Positions 8,625 through 18,255 of a stretch of 48,081 nucleotides of DNA are shown here, piece by piece. The number at the start of each line of letters is the position of its first letter. The first letter of the stretch is position 1. A program made the translations under genes and the position numbers. This DNA is from an uncultured Lachnospiraceae bacterium. Lineage in GTDB: Bacteria > Bacillota > Clostridia > Lachnospirales > Lachnospiraceae. The notes under the pieces were generated by a model. It worked only from the letters and a program-made list of their open reading frames with translations. It was not told where the DNA came from and searched no databases. The stretch is from assembly GCA_948954545.1 (NCBI GenBank), contig CARCRR010000028.1, positions 1 to 48,081 of the forward strand, given 5' to 3'.

Positions 8625-8865
8625 GGACGCCAGAGTATGGCATTGCAGTACTGTTTCGCTCTACAGAAAGTAAGAAGCTCTAAGACTTCTGAATTTAGAT
8701 GCATCCAACCGGACGGACCGGGGTGCAATTCGCCCGTGCTGCGGGCTAAACACACCCCTTTTTTTGCCATTCGAGAATGGCAAAAAATCCTAATGAATCG
8801 ACAGAAGTCTAAAAGCTTCTAACTTTCCTCCGAAGTCACAGTACTGCAATGCCATACTCTGGCTG
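8625..8865 (-). repeat. Family-1 foldback element, copy 2 (reverse orientation).
   Basis: Termini GGACGCCAGAGT...ACTCTGGCTG, the same central hairpins, and a copy-specific self-complementary arm segment TATGGCATTGCAGTACTG / CAGTACTGCAATGCCATA. Confidence 0.85.
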
Positions 8866-8959
8866 TCTTTTTCCACAATATAGGTATTCTTTATTTCTCT
8901 TTTTTTGTTTTTTTAACCTATCAAGGATGTAGTGGAGCGGATTCTGAATTTCCTTTGAC

Positions 8960-9002
8960 TTAATAAAATAAAAGGCAGTTATCTTATCTTTTGATAACTG
9001 CC
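8960..9002 (-). terminator. Rho-independent terminator downstream of tRNA-Leu.
   Basis: GGCAGTTATC-aaaagataa-GATAACTGCC followed on the minus strand by TTTTATTTTATT. Confidence 0.55.
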
Positions 9003-9187
9003 CAAACTAATGGTGAATAAAATTTGTTATGTTCTTTCTATTTTTATAATCGAGTAGGGAAGGCTGCCTCCTCTACTCGCCGTACTAAATGTCTGTCAGT
9101 TCTGCTGACATCGTTTCTTGAGACACCTGTGTACATAAAAAAATTCCCTGTAAACATTTCGTCTACAGAGAACGCCCCTGCCAAGAG

Positions 9188-9270
9188 TGCCGCAGGCCGG
9201 ACTTGAACCGGCACGAGGTCGCCCCCGCTAGATTTTGAGTCTAGTGCGTCTGCCATTCCGCCACTGCGGC
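9188..9270 (-). tRNA. tRNA-Leu (anticodon CAA), 83 nt, long variable arm; CCA not encoded.
   Basis: Manual cloverleaf: acceptor GCCGCAG/CTGCGGC, anticodon stem CTAGA/TCTAG, loop CTCAAAA, T-arm GCCGG-TTCAAGT-CCGGC. Confidence 0.85.
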
Positions 9271-9420
9271 AATTCCTTAACACTTGATAAGTCTATCATA
9301 GAAATAAATCCTTGTCAACTCTTTTTTTACAAATTTCGAAATTTGCTTGATATGGTTTTTTACAAATTTATTGTATCGTTTTTTTGAGAATTTTTCTGTA
9401 ACTTTTTTTACAGTTATAAA

Positions 9421-11793
9421 TTACTCTGCTGCCCGCATCTGCTCTATTAGGGATTGTTTTTTCTGCCTATGAATCACCCAAGCGGTCAGGATAAATTCTA
9501 TACTAAACAGTCCCAAGATAAACAGTCCCATTTCAAGGGTAGGAAATTGATATGGAACAATTTTACCGCTAAAAGATCGCTTGCTCAGTTCCCTGCATAC
9601 CATAACTGCAATTGGAAGCCCCATAAATAAGACTGTCAAAATAACAAAACAGGTATAACAAAGCCCCTCACAAATATTCATCTGATATAGTTGTTTCTTT
9701 GTCAGACCAATCGAGCACAAGATGCTGTTTTCCCGTTTTCGAAACATCTGATTAGAAAGTGTCGTATTGATTAAATTAATAACTCCAAACAGGAAAATCA
9801 ACCAAGAAAATGCCTGCATACTCCCGAAAATAAAAGAATTTTGCCATTTCTCATATTCAATATGTGCCTCAATAGTATCCAATCCAATATTGCTGTGGTT
9901 AGACAGGATTTTTTGCAGTCCGTTTTCCACGCTCTCTGATTTTTCTGAATCACTGACAATACTCCAAGAATAGTCAAAATTTTTAATTTCAGGCAGAATC
10001 TCTTGAAATAGTGCTTCTGGTGCAAACATAGAAACACTGTCAAGAAAAAGTGCACCATGCCCATTTCCAATCTTAGTTACATCAAATAAACCACATATCG
10101 TAACAGTCGTGGTTTTTTGACCCAAAGACAGTTCCATAACCGCCCCTACCGTCATATCATCATAATGTTTATAATAATTTGTACCCAAAATAACGCTGTG
10201 TGAATCCTTCGGCATCGTACCAGATACCAGTGCAGCTTCTACTGACAAAACATTTTCGTGAGTCAGCATATCGCACATACCTACGGAAGCATTTTTAGAA
10301 GTCCGAAATGCTGCATGTACGGATCTGCGTGTAACCAGCACCTCTGCTACCCCATCCACAGATAAAATTTCCTGCCGCAGCTTTTCATTCAGCGGATTAT
10401 CGATACTCATAATTTCCGTCTCTGACTGCTCCGAAGCCAAATAGATTTTATAATCTCCGTCCGAAAAAAACAGCCTTGCCGCCTGCTCCGGCGATCGAGT
10501 CAGCAGCATAGAAGATACAATTAAAAGAATCATTCCACCCAAACTTAAAGATGCTACAATACTAACCGCCTTTCTGCGATCACGCAGAAAATTCGCTATC
10601 CCCATAGATACAGGATTTAATTTTATATGTTTCTTCCGACTGTATATTTTTTCCTGTCCCATAGAAAAACGCATTGCTTCCAGCGGTGAAATTCCGGCAG
10701 CTATTTTAACTGGTCTACGAACGGAAACAGCCACCATAAACCAGCAGATCCATACTGTGAAAAAAACAACCATCCCATAAGAAACAATATAAACACCTTT
10801 TGGGAATAAAACCAATCCTGCACAGACTCCCAAAAAAACTCCAAACAAAATTCCCATACTGCCAAGCTGTCGGCTCTCTCTCTTTACTATGCCCCGAAGC
10901 TGTTTTGGTGTTGTGCCAATTGTACGAAGCTGTCCATAACTTTGAATCTTATTATTGACAGAGATACGAAAAATACTCTGAATAACAACATAGCCGCCAA
11001 TCAGTACAAGAATTGCAGCACCACCAACTGTAACAAAATCAATCGACCTTGAATAATAAGTGAAATAATTACTGTTTATTCCCGCAGGAGGCAAATCATA
11101 TTGAGCGGCAATCTCTTTGCAGCGGGCAGTTATAATCTCTTGACCAAGCTGCCGATCATTCTGAAAATGTACATAGGCACGATATCCAACCGGATTAAAG
11201 CCTGCCCATTCTGTCAATGTCTCCTTTGAAACAACAAAGACACAGATATTTTCCTCTTTCTCACTCATACCCCTCATAATACCAGTCACCATATATTCCC
11301 CTTGAAAACTTTCCGTATCCAACAGAACCGTTTCACCAATTCCAGCATTAGAGCCATAAGCAGAAAGAAAATATTCGCTGACAACAACTTCATTTGCCTG
11401 TTTCGGAAGCCGTCCTTTTACCAATTCCATCTGACTGCGGGCAATATACATCATCTCACTGTCACAGTACACATACGATGCATGATATCCCCGTTCCGAG
11501 TGCTCCTGCCCCAACAGATAATATTCACCCACGCGGGCAAACTCTGGCAAACCTTTTAAAACTGCCACATCCGATTCATCAACACCAGTAAAAACCGCCT
11601 CATAAGTATCAGCCACCTGACGGCGTTGCATCTGTGTAATTGAAACAGATGTAATTCCTGCAAAACAAATCAAAAATGCCGCTAATCCAACCGCAACCAC
11701 TACCATCAGATTCCTGCGTCTCTCACTTTTCAGACTCCTTTTTGCTAACTTCCTTACAACAGCACGGGTATCATTTTCAAAAGGCCAAGTCAT
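9421..11793 (-). CDS. ABC transporter permease, FtsX-like family (BceB/MacB-type, two FtsX domains, ~10 TM).
   Basis: 790 aa. An N-terminal TM is followed by a large extracytoplasmic domain, repeated twice, the typical BceB-like topology. No ATPase partner gene is adjacent. Confidence 0.75.
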   Translation of the reverse strand: MTWPFENDTRAVVRKLAKRSLKSERRRNLMVVVAVGLAAFLICFAGITSVSITQMQRRQVADTYEAVFTGVDESDVAVLKGLPEFARVGEYYLLGQEHSERGYHASYVYCDSEMMYIARSQMELVKGRLPKQANEVVVSEYFLSAYGSNAGIGETVLLDTESFQGEYMVTGIMRGMSEKEENICVFVVSKETLTEWAGFNPVGYRAYVHFQNDRQLGQEIITARCKEIAAQYDLPPAGINSNYFTYYSRSIDFVTVGGAAILVLIGGYVVIQSIFRISVNNKIQSYGQLRTIGTTPKQLRGIVKRESRQLGSMGILFGVFLGVCAGLVLFPKGVYIVSYGMVVFFTVWICWFMVAVSVRRPVKIAAGISPLEAMRFSMGQEKIYSRKKHIKLNPVSMGIANFLRDRRKAVSIVASLSLGGMILLIVSSMLLTRSPEQAARLFFSDGDYKIYLASEQSETEIMSIDNPLNEKLRQEILSVDGVAEVLVTRRSVHAAFRTSKNASVGMCDMLTHENVLSVEAALVSGTMPKDSHSVILGTNYYKHYDDMTVGAVMELSLGQKTTTVTICGLFDVTKIGNGHGALFLDSVSMFAPEALFQEILPEIKNFDYSWSIVSDSEKSESVENGLQKILSNHSNIGLDTIEAHIEYEKWQNSFIFGSMQAFSWLIFLFGVINLINTTLSNQMFRKRENSILCSIGLTKKQLYQMNICEGLCYTCFVILTVLFMGLPIAVMVCRELSKRSFSGKIVPYQFPTLEMGLFILGLFSIEFILTAWVIHRQKKQSLIEQMRAAE

Positions 11794-12034
11794 AATTCAC
11801 CGCCTCCTGAACCCAAACTCCTATCCCTCTCAATCCCCACAATTTACTCCACCAAACAGCACCATCCCGCCATCCCCCAAAAACATTCCAAACAATCCTC
11901 TGCAATACTTTCATCTTAATCTAAGACACTCCTTTCTAAACAATTTACCTTATAGAGCCTATTATAAAATCCAAATATCACAGAAATGTCCGAATGAAAC
12001 CATTCTCGTTTCATTTTTTATGACCCCATTCTTT

Positions 12035-12703
12035 CTATCTTCTATCCTCTATCTTCCCCTTTTCACAAAACGGTTTCTCGTTTCGTTTCTCACAGGACTG
12101 TTTCGAAAAAATACAACCGCAGTAATTCTGCCGATAAAGTCCATACTCCCTTGAAAGTTCAATAGAACGCTGGTATCCATTCTTCTTCTTAAAATCAGAA
12201 AAAAGATAAGGTACACCATACTCTTCTGAAAGAACCGCACCAATTTCATTTAACTTCTCTGCATTTTTCAAAGGACTAATACTCAAAGTAGTTGTAAAAT
12301 AATCAAATCCCCCCTGCTGTGCCATCCGAGCTGTCTCCTCTAATCTTAACCTATAACAGCGAAAACACCTCTCTCCGCCTTCCCTTTCCCCTTCCAATCC
12401 CTTCACCGCATCAAAAAATCGCTCCTGTCTATACTCTCCCTCCAAAAAATGCACCGGATACCGAAACGGCATAGCAGCAATCAACCGCTTCTCTTCCTCT
12501 ACCCGATACCGATATTCCTTCTCAGGAGAAATATTCGGATTAAAATAAAACACCGTAATTTCAAAATAATTCGATAAATACTCCATTACATAACTAGAAC
12601 AAGGGGCACAACAACTATGTAAAAGAAGTCTCTTTCCTATCCCCTCCTGTTCCTGCATTTTTTCCAATATCCGTTCCAATATCTTCTGATAATTCTCAGC
12701 CAT
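12035..12703 (-). CDS. queH: Epoxyqueuosine reductase QueH (DUF208).
   Basis: Conserved LLLHSCCAPCSSY motif and C-terminal Cys pair NYCGCIFS. Confidence 0.85.
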   Translation of the reverse strand: MAENYQKILERILEKMQEQEGIGKRLLLHSCCAPCSSYVMEYLSNYFEITVFYFNPNISPEKEYRYRVEEEKRLIAAMPFRYPVHFLEGEYRQERFFDAVKGLEGEREGGERCFRCYRLRLEETARMAQQGGFDYFTTTLSISPLKNAEKLNEIGAVLSEEYGVPYLFSDFKKKNGYQRSIELSREYGLYRQNYCGCIFSKQSCEKRNEKPFCEKGKIEDRR

Positions 12704-12856
12704 ACTCCTAAACTACATCCTTCCTAATTCAAAATCCCATCTCTATCCACACACCAAAAAATATCATACCACTCCTCATTCCACCAAACCACCCCAAAAT
12801 TCCCTCCCATTCCCACCTGAATAAAAAATAAAAATCAAATCTATCGCCAGAAAGAA

Positions 12857-13108
12857 CCAGCTGGAGTTTGGAAGCCCTTTCTCTATGCAGTGACTTCGGA
12901 GAAAAGTTAGAAAGTCTTATGCCTCTGTCGATCTCCTAGGATTTTTGCCATCTTCTGATGGCAAAAAAGGGGTGTGTTTAGCCCGCTGCACGGGCGAATT
13001 GCACCCCGGTCCGTCCGGTTGGATATATTTTCATTCAGAGGCATTAGACTTTCTTACTTTTCGGAGAGCGGAACAGCATAGAGAAAGGGCTTCCAAACTC
13101 CAGCGTCC
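12857..13108 (+). repeat. Family-1 foldback element, copy 3.
   Basis: Termini CCAGCTGGAGT...ACTCCAGCGTCC. Its terminator-like hairpin has a compensatory stem (GCCATC-ttct-GATGGC). Confidence 0.85.
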
Positions 13109-13116
13109 CCTACACC

Positions 13117-13300
13117 ATCCCCCCAGCTTTTCTATCCTAATATCCACACACCATCCCCCAGCTTTCCCATCTCAATATCCACACATCATCCCCCAACTTT
13201 CCCATCTCAATATCCACACACCATCCCCCCAACTTTCCCATCTCAATATTCACACCATCCCCCCAACTTTCCCATCTCAGTATCCACACCATTCCCATTC
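13117..13300. repeat. Tandem repeat, ~33-34 bp unit x ~5 (consensus AACTTTCCCATCTCAATATCCACACACCATCCCCCC).
   Basis: Read directly. It lies immediately right of family-1 copy 3 and left of the carboxypeptidase stop codon. Confidence 0.8.
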
Positions 13301-13323
13301 CCCTCAACCTTCACTTTTCTCTA

Positions 13324-14832
13324 TCAAGAAATCCCATACAACTTCTCATACTTTTCCGTAAGATACCCCACAAAATAATCAGGATTAAATTCCTCCCCAG
13401 TAGCTTCCTTTAAAATCTCCCGTGCCTCCTTAAAAGCACCATACTGATGCACATACCGATGCAAAAACTCCCGTACAACCCCAATATTTCCCCTAGAAAG
13501 CTCCGACTCCACATCTATCTCACTCTTCATCTTAGCATAAATCTGAGCCGCAAAAGCATTTCCAAGTGCATAAGAAGGAAAATACCCAATATCCCCCATA
13601 GACCAATGTACATCCTGCAAAATCCCCACCGTATCATTCTCTGGTACCACTCCCAAATACTCCTGATACTTCTCCTTCCAAAGCCGAGGCAGTTCCTCCA
13701 CCTCCACTTCCCCATTTATCATCAGCTTTTCCAACTCATACCGAACCATAATATGCAGACAATACGTCAGCTCATCTGCCTCTGTTCGAATCTCATCTGC
13801 CCGAACCCGATTAATTGCCGCTACAAACTGATCCAAAGAAACCTCCCCCAACTGTTCTGGAAACGTTTCTACTAACTTTCCATAAATAGGCACCCAAAAA
13901 GCCCGGCTCCTCCCAATCATATTTTCCATCAGCCGAGACTGTGACTCATGAATCCCACAGGAAGCCCCTTCTCCCAACACAGTCTGCGTATACCGATCCG
14001 CAATCCCCTGTTCATAAATCGCATGTCCACTCTCATGAATTGTAGAAAAAATTGCCCCTGCCAAATTATCCTCATAATAATGAGTCGTAATCCGCACATC
14101 ATGATTATGCCAAGCCGTTGTAAAAGGATGTTCACTTTCCGCAATCACTCCGCGATTCAAATCAAATCCAATATACTCTGCCAAAAACCGATTAAACTCC
14201 TTCTGCTTTTCAATATCATACTTCTGATACAAAAAAGAATCCTCAATCTGCGGCTTCTTTTGAATCTTTCGAAGCAGCGGAAGAATCCCCGCCTTTAGCT
14301 TTTCAAAAAATACGTCTAACACTTCCACGGAAAAATCCTCTTCATAATCATCTAAAAGCACATCATACCCGTTTAATTTCTCTGTCGCACCATAAGAAGC
14401 AAACTTTTTGCAGTATGCGATCACTTCCTTTAAATAAGGAGCAAAGATTGAAAAATCATTTTCTTTTTTTGCCCTCTGCCATGCCTTCTGCGACTTTGAC
14501 TTCAGTTCCGCATAAGCCCGCTTCTCCTCCTTAGGAATTGCTTCTGTTTTTCTCAAATTTTTCTTTATTTTTCGAATAATCGCCTGCTCCGTCTCTTCCT
14601 GCTCCTTTGTCTCTTCTGTTTTAGACTCATAGTCCTCTAAAATCTTCTTTACCTGCGGATTAGTCAGACACAGAAAATCCTCTTCCGATAAAATCCCGAT
14701 TACCTTTGCCGTATACTCTCCTGCTTCCTTTGGTGCAAGAGTTGCATCGTCCCAATCTAATAGGGCAAGTGCTGTCTGTAAAGCCATATGTTTTTCCAAA
14801 TAAGGCACTAACTGTTCAAAAAGCTGACTCAT
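13324..14832 (-). CDS. M32 family carboxypeptidase (carboxypeptidase Taq-like).
   Basis: HESGHAIYEQG zinc-binding motif, ~500 aa, with the M32-typical HPF, DIRITT and GxxxYxxSY blocks. Confidence 0.85.
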   Translation of the reverse strand: MSQLFEQLVPYLEKHMALQTALALLDWDDATLAPKEAGEYTAKVIGILSEEDFLCLTNPQVKKILEDYESKTEETKEQEETEQAIIRKIKKNLRKTEAIPKEEKRAYAELKSKSQKAWQRAKKENDFSIFAPYLKEVIAYCKKFASYGATEKLNGYDVLLDDYEEDFSVEVLDVFFEKLKAGILPLLRKIQKKPQIEDSFLYQKYDIEKQKEFNRFLAEYIGFDLNRGVIAESEHPFTTAWHNHDVRITTHYYEDNLAGAIFSTIHESGHAIYEQGIADRYTQTVLGEGASCGIHESQSRLMENMIGRSRAFWVPIYGKLVETFPEQLGEVSLDQFVAAINRVRADEIRTEADELTYCLHIMVRYELEKLMINGEVEVEELPRLWKEKYQEYLGVVPENDTVGILQDVHWSMGDIGYFPSYALGNAFAAQIYAKMKSEIDVESELSRGNIGVVREFLHRYVHQYGAFKEAREILKEATGEEFNPDYFVGYLTEKYEKLYGIS

Positions 14833-14899
14833 AATAAACTCCTTTCTTTTTTAGCAAAACCGGAAAGCAGCCTTTTCTTCTCACTGCTTTCCGGTTATT

Positions 14900-15385
14900 T
14901 TAAAAGTATTTCTTACTTCCCCAAAGATTATTCCTTTTTAAATCCAAATATTCGTTATAAGCTTTTTCTAAAATCTGCTTTTCATTTGAAAATTTTAATA
15001 AGTGGTAAGCCTCATGAAATTTATAATAACCTGAATCCATGAAAAACTCTTCCCGCTGTGGTTTGCTGTAATAGCTGTCTGACATCATCAGATACCAGTG
15101 TACATCTTTCTCTACCATATCAGCAGGAGTTGCAAACGTATATTGGCTTTTTCCTACATATTTAATTATATTTCCCTTTACTCCTGATTCCTCCAATACT
15201 TCACGTAACGCAGTCTCCTTATACTCTTCTCCAGCCTCTACAGTCCCTTTTGGTAATACCCATCCCTCATATTTATTCTTATAATTTTTATATAAGAGTA
15301 AAATCTTACCTCGAAAAATAACCACACCGCCACAGCTCGTTGCTTCAATCATTGCAATTCCTCCTGTCCTTTGGTGTGAAACCAA
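14900..15385 (-). CDS. NUDIX hydrolase.
   Basis: Nudix box GTVEAGEEYKETALREVLEESGV. Confidence 0.85.
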   Translation of the reverse strand: MVSHQRTGGIAMIEATSCGGVVIFRGKILLLYKNYKNKYEGWVLPKGTVEAGEEYKETALREVLEESGVKGNIIKYVGKSQYTFATPADMVEKDVHWYLMMSDSYYSKPQREEFFMDSGYYKFHEAYHLLKFSNEKQILEKAYNEYLDLKRNNLWGSKKYF

Positions 15386-15462
15386 AACTAGGATAAGTAT
15401 ACCTCAATTGACAGAATTATGCAAGTAAATCCAAAAATATATAGAAATTTTCTGTTACTATT

Positions 15463-18234
15463 TTAGGATTCTTCCTGATCGAGAGAATACCATGTCCGAA
15501 ACAGCTTATCTGCTATCGCCGCCGCTTTTGTACTTCCTGCTCCTCCCTCTTCTACAATCACACTCACTGCAATCTCTGGTTCCTCTGCAGGAGCAAACCC
15601 TACAAACCAAGAATGTGCCTCTTTCTTTACATCCCACTCTGCCGTTCCGGTCTTTCCTGCCACGGTATAATCCTCCGATGCAGCACGACTTCCGGTTCCT
15701 TCTTCAACACACAGCATCATCCATTCTGTCAGTCTCTCTGCTTCTTCCTGGCTAATTGGTTCTCTGTACTTTTTTGGTCTATATTTCTTTACAGTAAATC
15801 CATGTGCATCTGTTATCCGATCTACAAAATAAGGCTTCATCATTACTCCGTCATTGGCAATCGCTGCTGCTATCATCGCCTGATGAAGCGGCGTCATCTC
15901 TGCCGTTCCCTGTCCGATTGCCGTCTGCATCTTCTCCCAGTCAGGTGAATCCTGCTTCCATTCAAATTGACTCGATACATAAGATAGGGCAATCGGTAAA
16001 TCCTGATTTAGTAAAAAACTCTCACAAAGATCCGTAAACCGCTCTGCTGAAAGCTTTGATGCAATACTGGCAAAAGCCCCATTGCAGGATTTCGCAAAAG
16101 CCGTTTCAAAGGAAATTGTTCCATGTGCTTTTTTATGATAACACTGAATAACAGCCCCCTGATACTCATAGGAACCCTCACAAGTATAGGAAAAATCAGA
16201 AATTTCTTCTGGAAATTCTCTGGCATACTCCAATGCCGTTAAAATCTTAAATGTAGAACCAGGCGGATAACGCCCCTGCGTAGCACGATTTAATAGATAA
16301 CTCTGCTCGGTATCAGGATTTTCCGAAAGCGATTCCCAGATCTCTTCTATTTGATTGGGATTATAATCCGGTTTTGAAACCATTGCAAGCACCTTTCCAG
16401 TAGAAGGCTCCATCACTACTACAGCCCCCTTTTCCTCTCCCAATGCTTCCCAAGCCGCTTTCTGAAGCGGATAATTTAACGTGGTCACAACTTGATTTCC
16501 TTTTTCTTTCTCTCCCTTTACTTCAGCCGCTATCTTTTCATAAATCGGAGCATCGGAAGTTAAAAGCTGAAAATTATAGATCTTTTCCAGTCCGTCCTTT
16601 CCACTCTGTGAATATCCAACCACATGAGAAAACAGATTGCCAAACGGATACTCTCTTACCTCTGTCCCATCTGCTTCTACCTTTGTCTCCGCCAGAATCT
16701 CTCCGTCCGCTGACAGAATCGATCCCCGCACAACTTTTTTAGCAAACTCTTCCTGCCTCAGATTATAGGGATTATTTACGATTTCCTTACTCTCCGCTAA
16801 AAGAAAATATCCCAGATAACACGGCATCAAAATAAACAATCCGGTAAAAAGATACATAACCAGATAGAATTCCCGATTGCTGTTTCTTTTTTTTATTTGT
16901 ATCTCTATACTCTGCCCACAATCTATATAATCTGCCCTTACATCTGAATTTACATTTGCATTTGCATCAGAAATATACAGTCCCTGTATAATCCCATACA
17001 TAATCAGGGAACTCAGCATCGAACTTCCCCCATAACTGACAAACGGAATCGTTACTCCAGTAGAAGGAATTAACTTCATCGCCCCGCCAATCGTTAAAAA
17101 TACTTGGATCCCATATTCACAGGCAAGCCCTAATGCCATATATCGATAAAAACGGTGATGCATCTGAATTGCTGCATTTAAAATTAGCAAAAGACAGCCC
17201 AAGCAGATAAAAATAACACAGATCGCTACTAATCCTCCCATCTCTTCTGCAATTGCCGAAAAGAAAAAATCTTCCTCTACAACCGGAATCTGTGAAGGAG
17301 AGCCCTTATTGAGTCCGACTCCTAACCATCCTCCCGTTCCGATTGCAAAAAGAGATTGTGCTATCTGATACCCTTTGCTTTCAATTACAGACCATGGATC
17401 TAACCATGCAGTCACTCTGGTCTGAATATGAGAAAATAGCTGATATGCTGTATAGGAAGCCGCTGCCCCCGCCGCCAGTCCGCCAAACAGATAAATCGGC
17501 TTTTTTGTAGCGACATAGACCATAAATACAAAGACCAATGAAAAGATCAATGCACTCCCTAAATCAGTTGAAGCAACCAAAATCAAGATATGTATTGCTG
17601 CTAAAATTCCTGTTTTTACTACCTGCTTCCAGTCATTTCTTACCTCAAACATAGCAGCAATAAAAAATACATAGCTGATTTTTACAAATTCGGACGGCTG
17701 AAAAGAAACACCCAGCAGTGCAATCGATAACTTTGCACCATAACTGGTCTCTGCCAAAATTAAAACAACCAAAAGCAGCAGTGCCCCGGCAATTCCATAG
17801 AGCCATGCAAATTTTCTTAATGCCTTCCACTTTTTCATAATATAGGGAATTACTGCCATAAAGACCGTACCCAATGCCAAGATTAAAAACTGCCGACTGG
17901 CCTTCCCTATCGAAAGTCTTGCCAGCATAATAAACCCTATCACCATTAACATGCAAACCAAACTGGTTAAAATCTGCGATCCCTCTGGATAAGCTGTATG
18001 GAATAACGTCTCCATTAAAATCAGATAAACTAACTCTGCCCCATATAAAAGAATTAAATTTTCATTGCCTGTAGAAAGAAACAAGGATAAAAAACCTAAA
18101 AAATGAACAGAAAACAGACAAATATTTAACACCGCCAGCTTTCTTTTTCTATAATAGGCAAAAGAATAATACGTATATACCATAATCAGCAGAATAATCA
18201 GATATTTTGAAAGTTCCTCTATCAGATGAATCAT
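15463..18234 (-). CDS. Fusion protein: SEDS-family glycosyltransferase (FtsW/RodA-like, N-terminal ~440 aa, multi-TM) joined to a class B penicillin-binding transpeptidase domain.
   Basis: The SEDS C-terminal signature GGxxKLIPxTGxxxPFxSYGGSS is followed by a TM and then the transpeptidase motifs STFK, SCN and KTGTA. Confidence 0.8.
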   Translation of the reverse strand: MIHLIEELSKYLIILLIMVYTYYSFAYYRKRKLAVLNICLFSVHFLGFLSLFLSTGNENLILLYGAELVYLILMETLFHTAYPEGSQILTSLVCMLMVIGFIMLARLSIGKASRQFLILALGTVFMAVIPYIMKKWKALRKFAWLYGIAGALLLLVVLILAETSYGAKLSIALLGVSFQPSEFVKISYVFFIAAMFEVRNDWKQVVKTGILAAIHILILVASTDLGSALIFSLVFVFMVYVATKKPIYLFGGLAAGAAASYTAYQLFSHIQTRVTAWLDPWSVIESKGYQIAQSLFAIGTGGWLGVGLNKGSPSQIPVVEEDFFFSAIAEEMGGLVAICVIFICLGCLLLILNAAIQMHHRFYRYMALGLACEYGIQVFLTIGGAMKLIPSTGVTIPFVSYGGSSMLSSLIMYGIIQGLYISDANANVNSDVRADYIDCGQSIEIQIKKRNSNREFYLVMYLFTGLFILMPCYLGYFLLAESKEIVNNPYNLRQEEFAKKVVRGSILSADGEILAETKVEADGTEVREYPFGNLFSHVVGYSQSGKDGLEKIYNFQLLTSDAPIYEKIAAEVKGEKEKGNQVVTTLNYPLQKAAWEALGEEKGAVVVMEPSTGKVLAMVSKPDYNPNQIEEIWESLSENPDTEQSYLLNRATQGRYPPGSTFKILTALEYAREFPEEISDFSYTCEGSYEYQGAVIQCYHKKAHGTISFETAFAKSCNGAFASIASKLSAERFTDLCESFLLNQDLPIALSYVSSQFEWKQDSPDWEKMQTAIGQGTAEMTPLHQAMIAAAIANDGVMMKPYFVDRITDAHGFTVKKYRPKKYREPISQEEAERLTEWMMLCVEEGTGSRAASEDYTVAGKTGTAEWDVKKEAHSWFVGFAPAEEPEIAVSVIVEEGGAGSTKAAAIADKLFRTWYSLDQEES

Positions 18235-18255
18235 ACTCTACTACCTCCCTTGTAC

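Noticed and set aside
11990-12025. Plus-strand terminator-like hairpin (ATGAAAC-cattctc-GTTTCAT + TTTTTT) between two minus-strand genes.
   Set aside because: No plus-strand gene ends here. It may be a bidirectional structure or chance, so it was not called.
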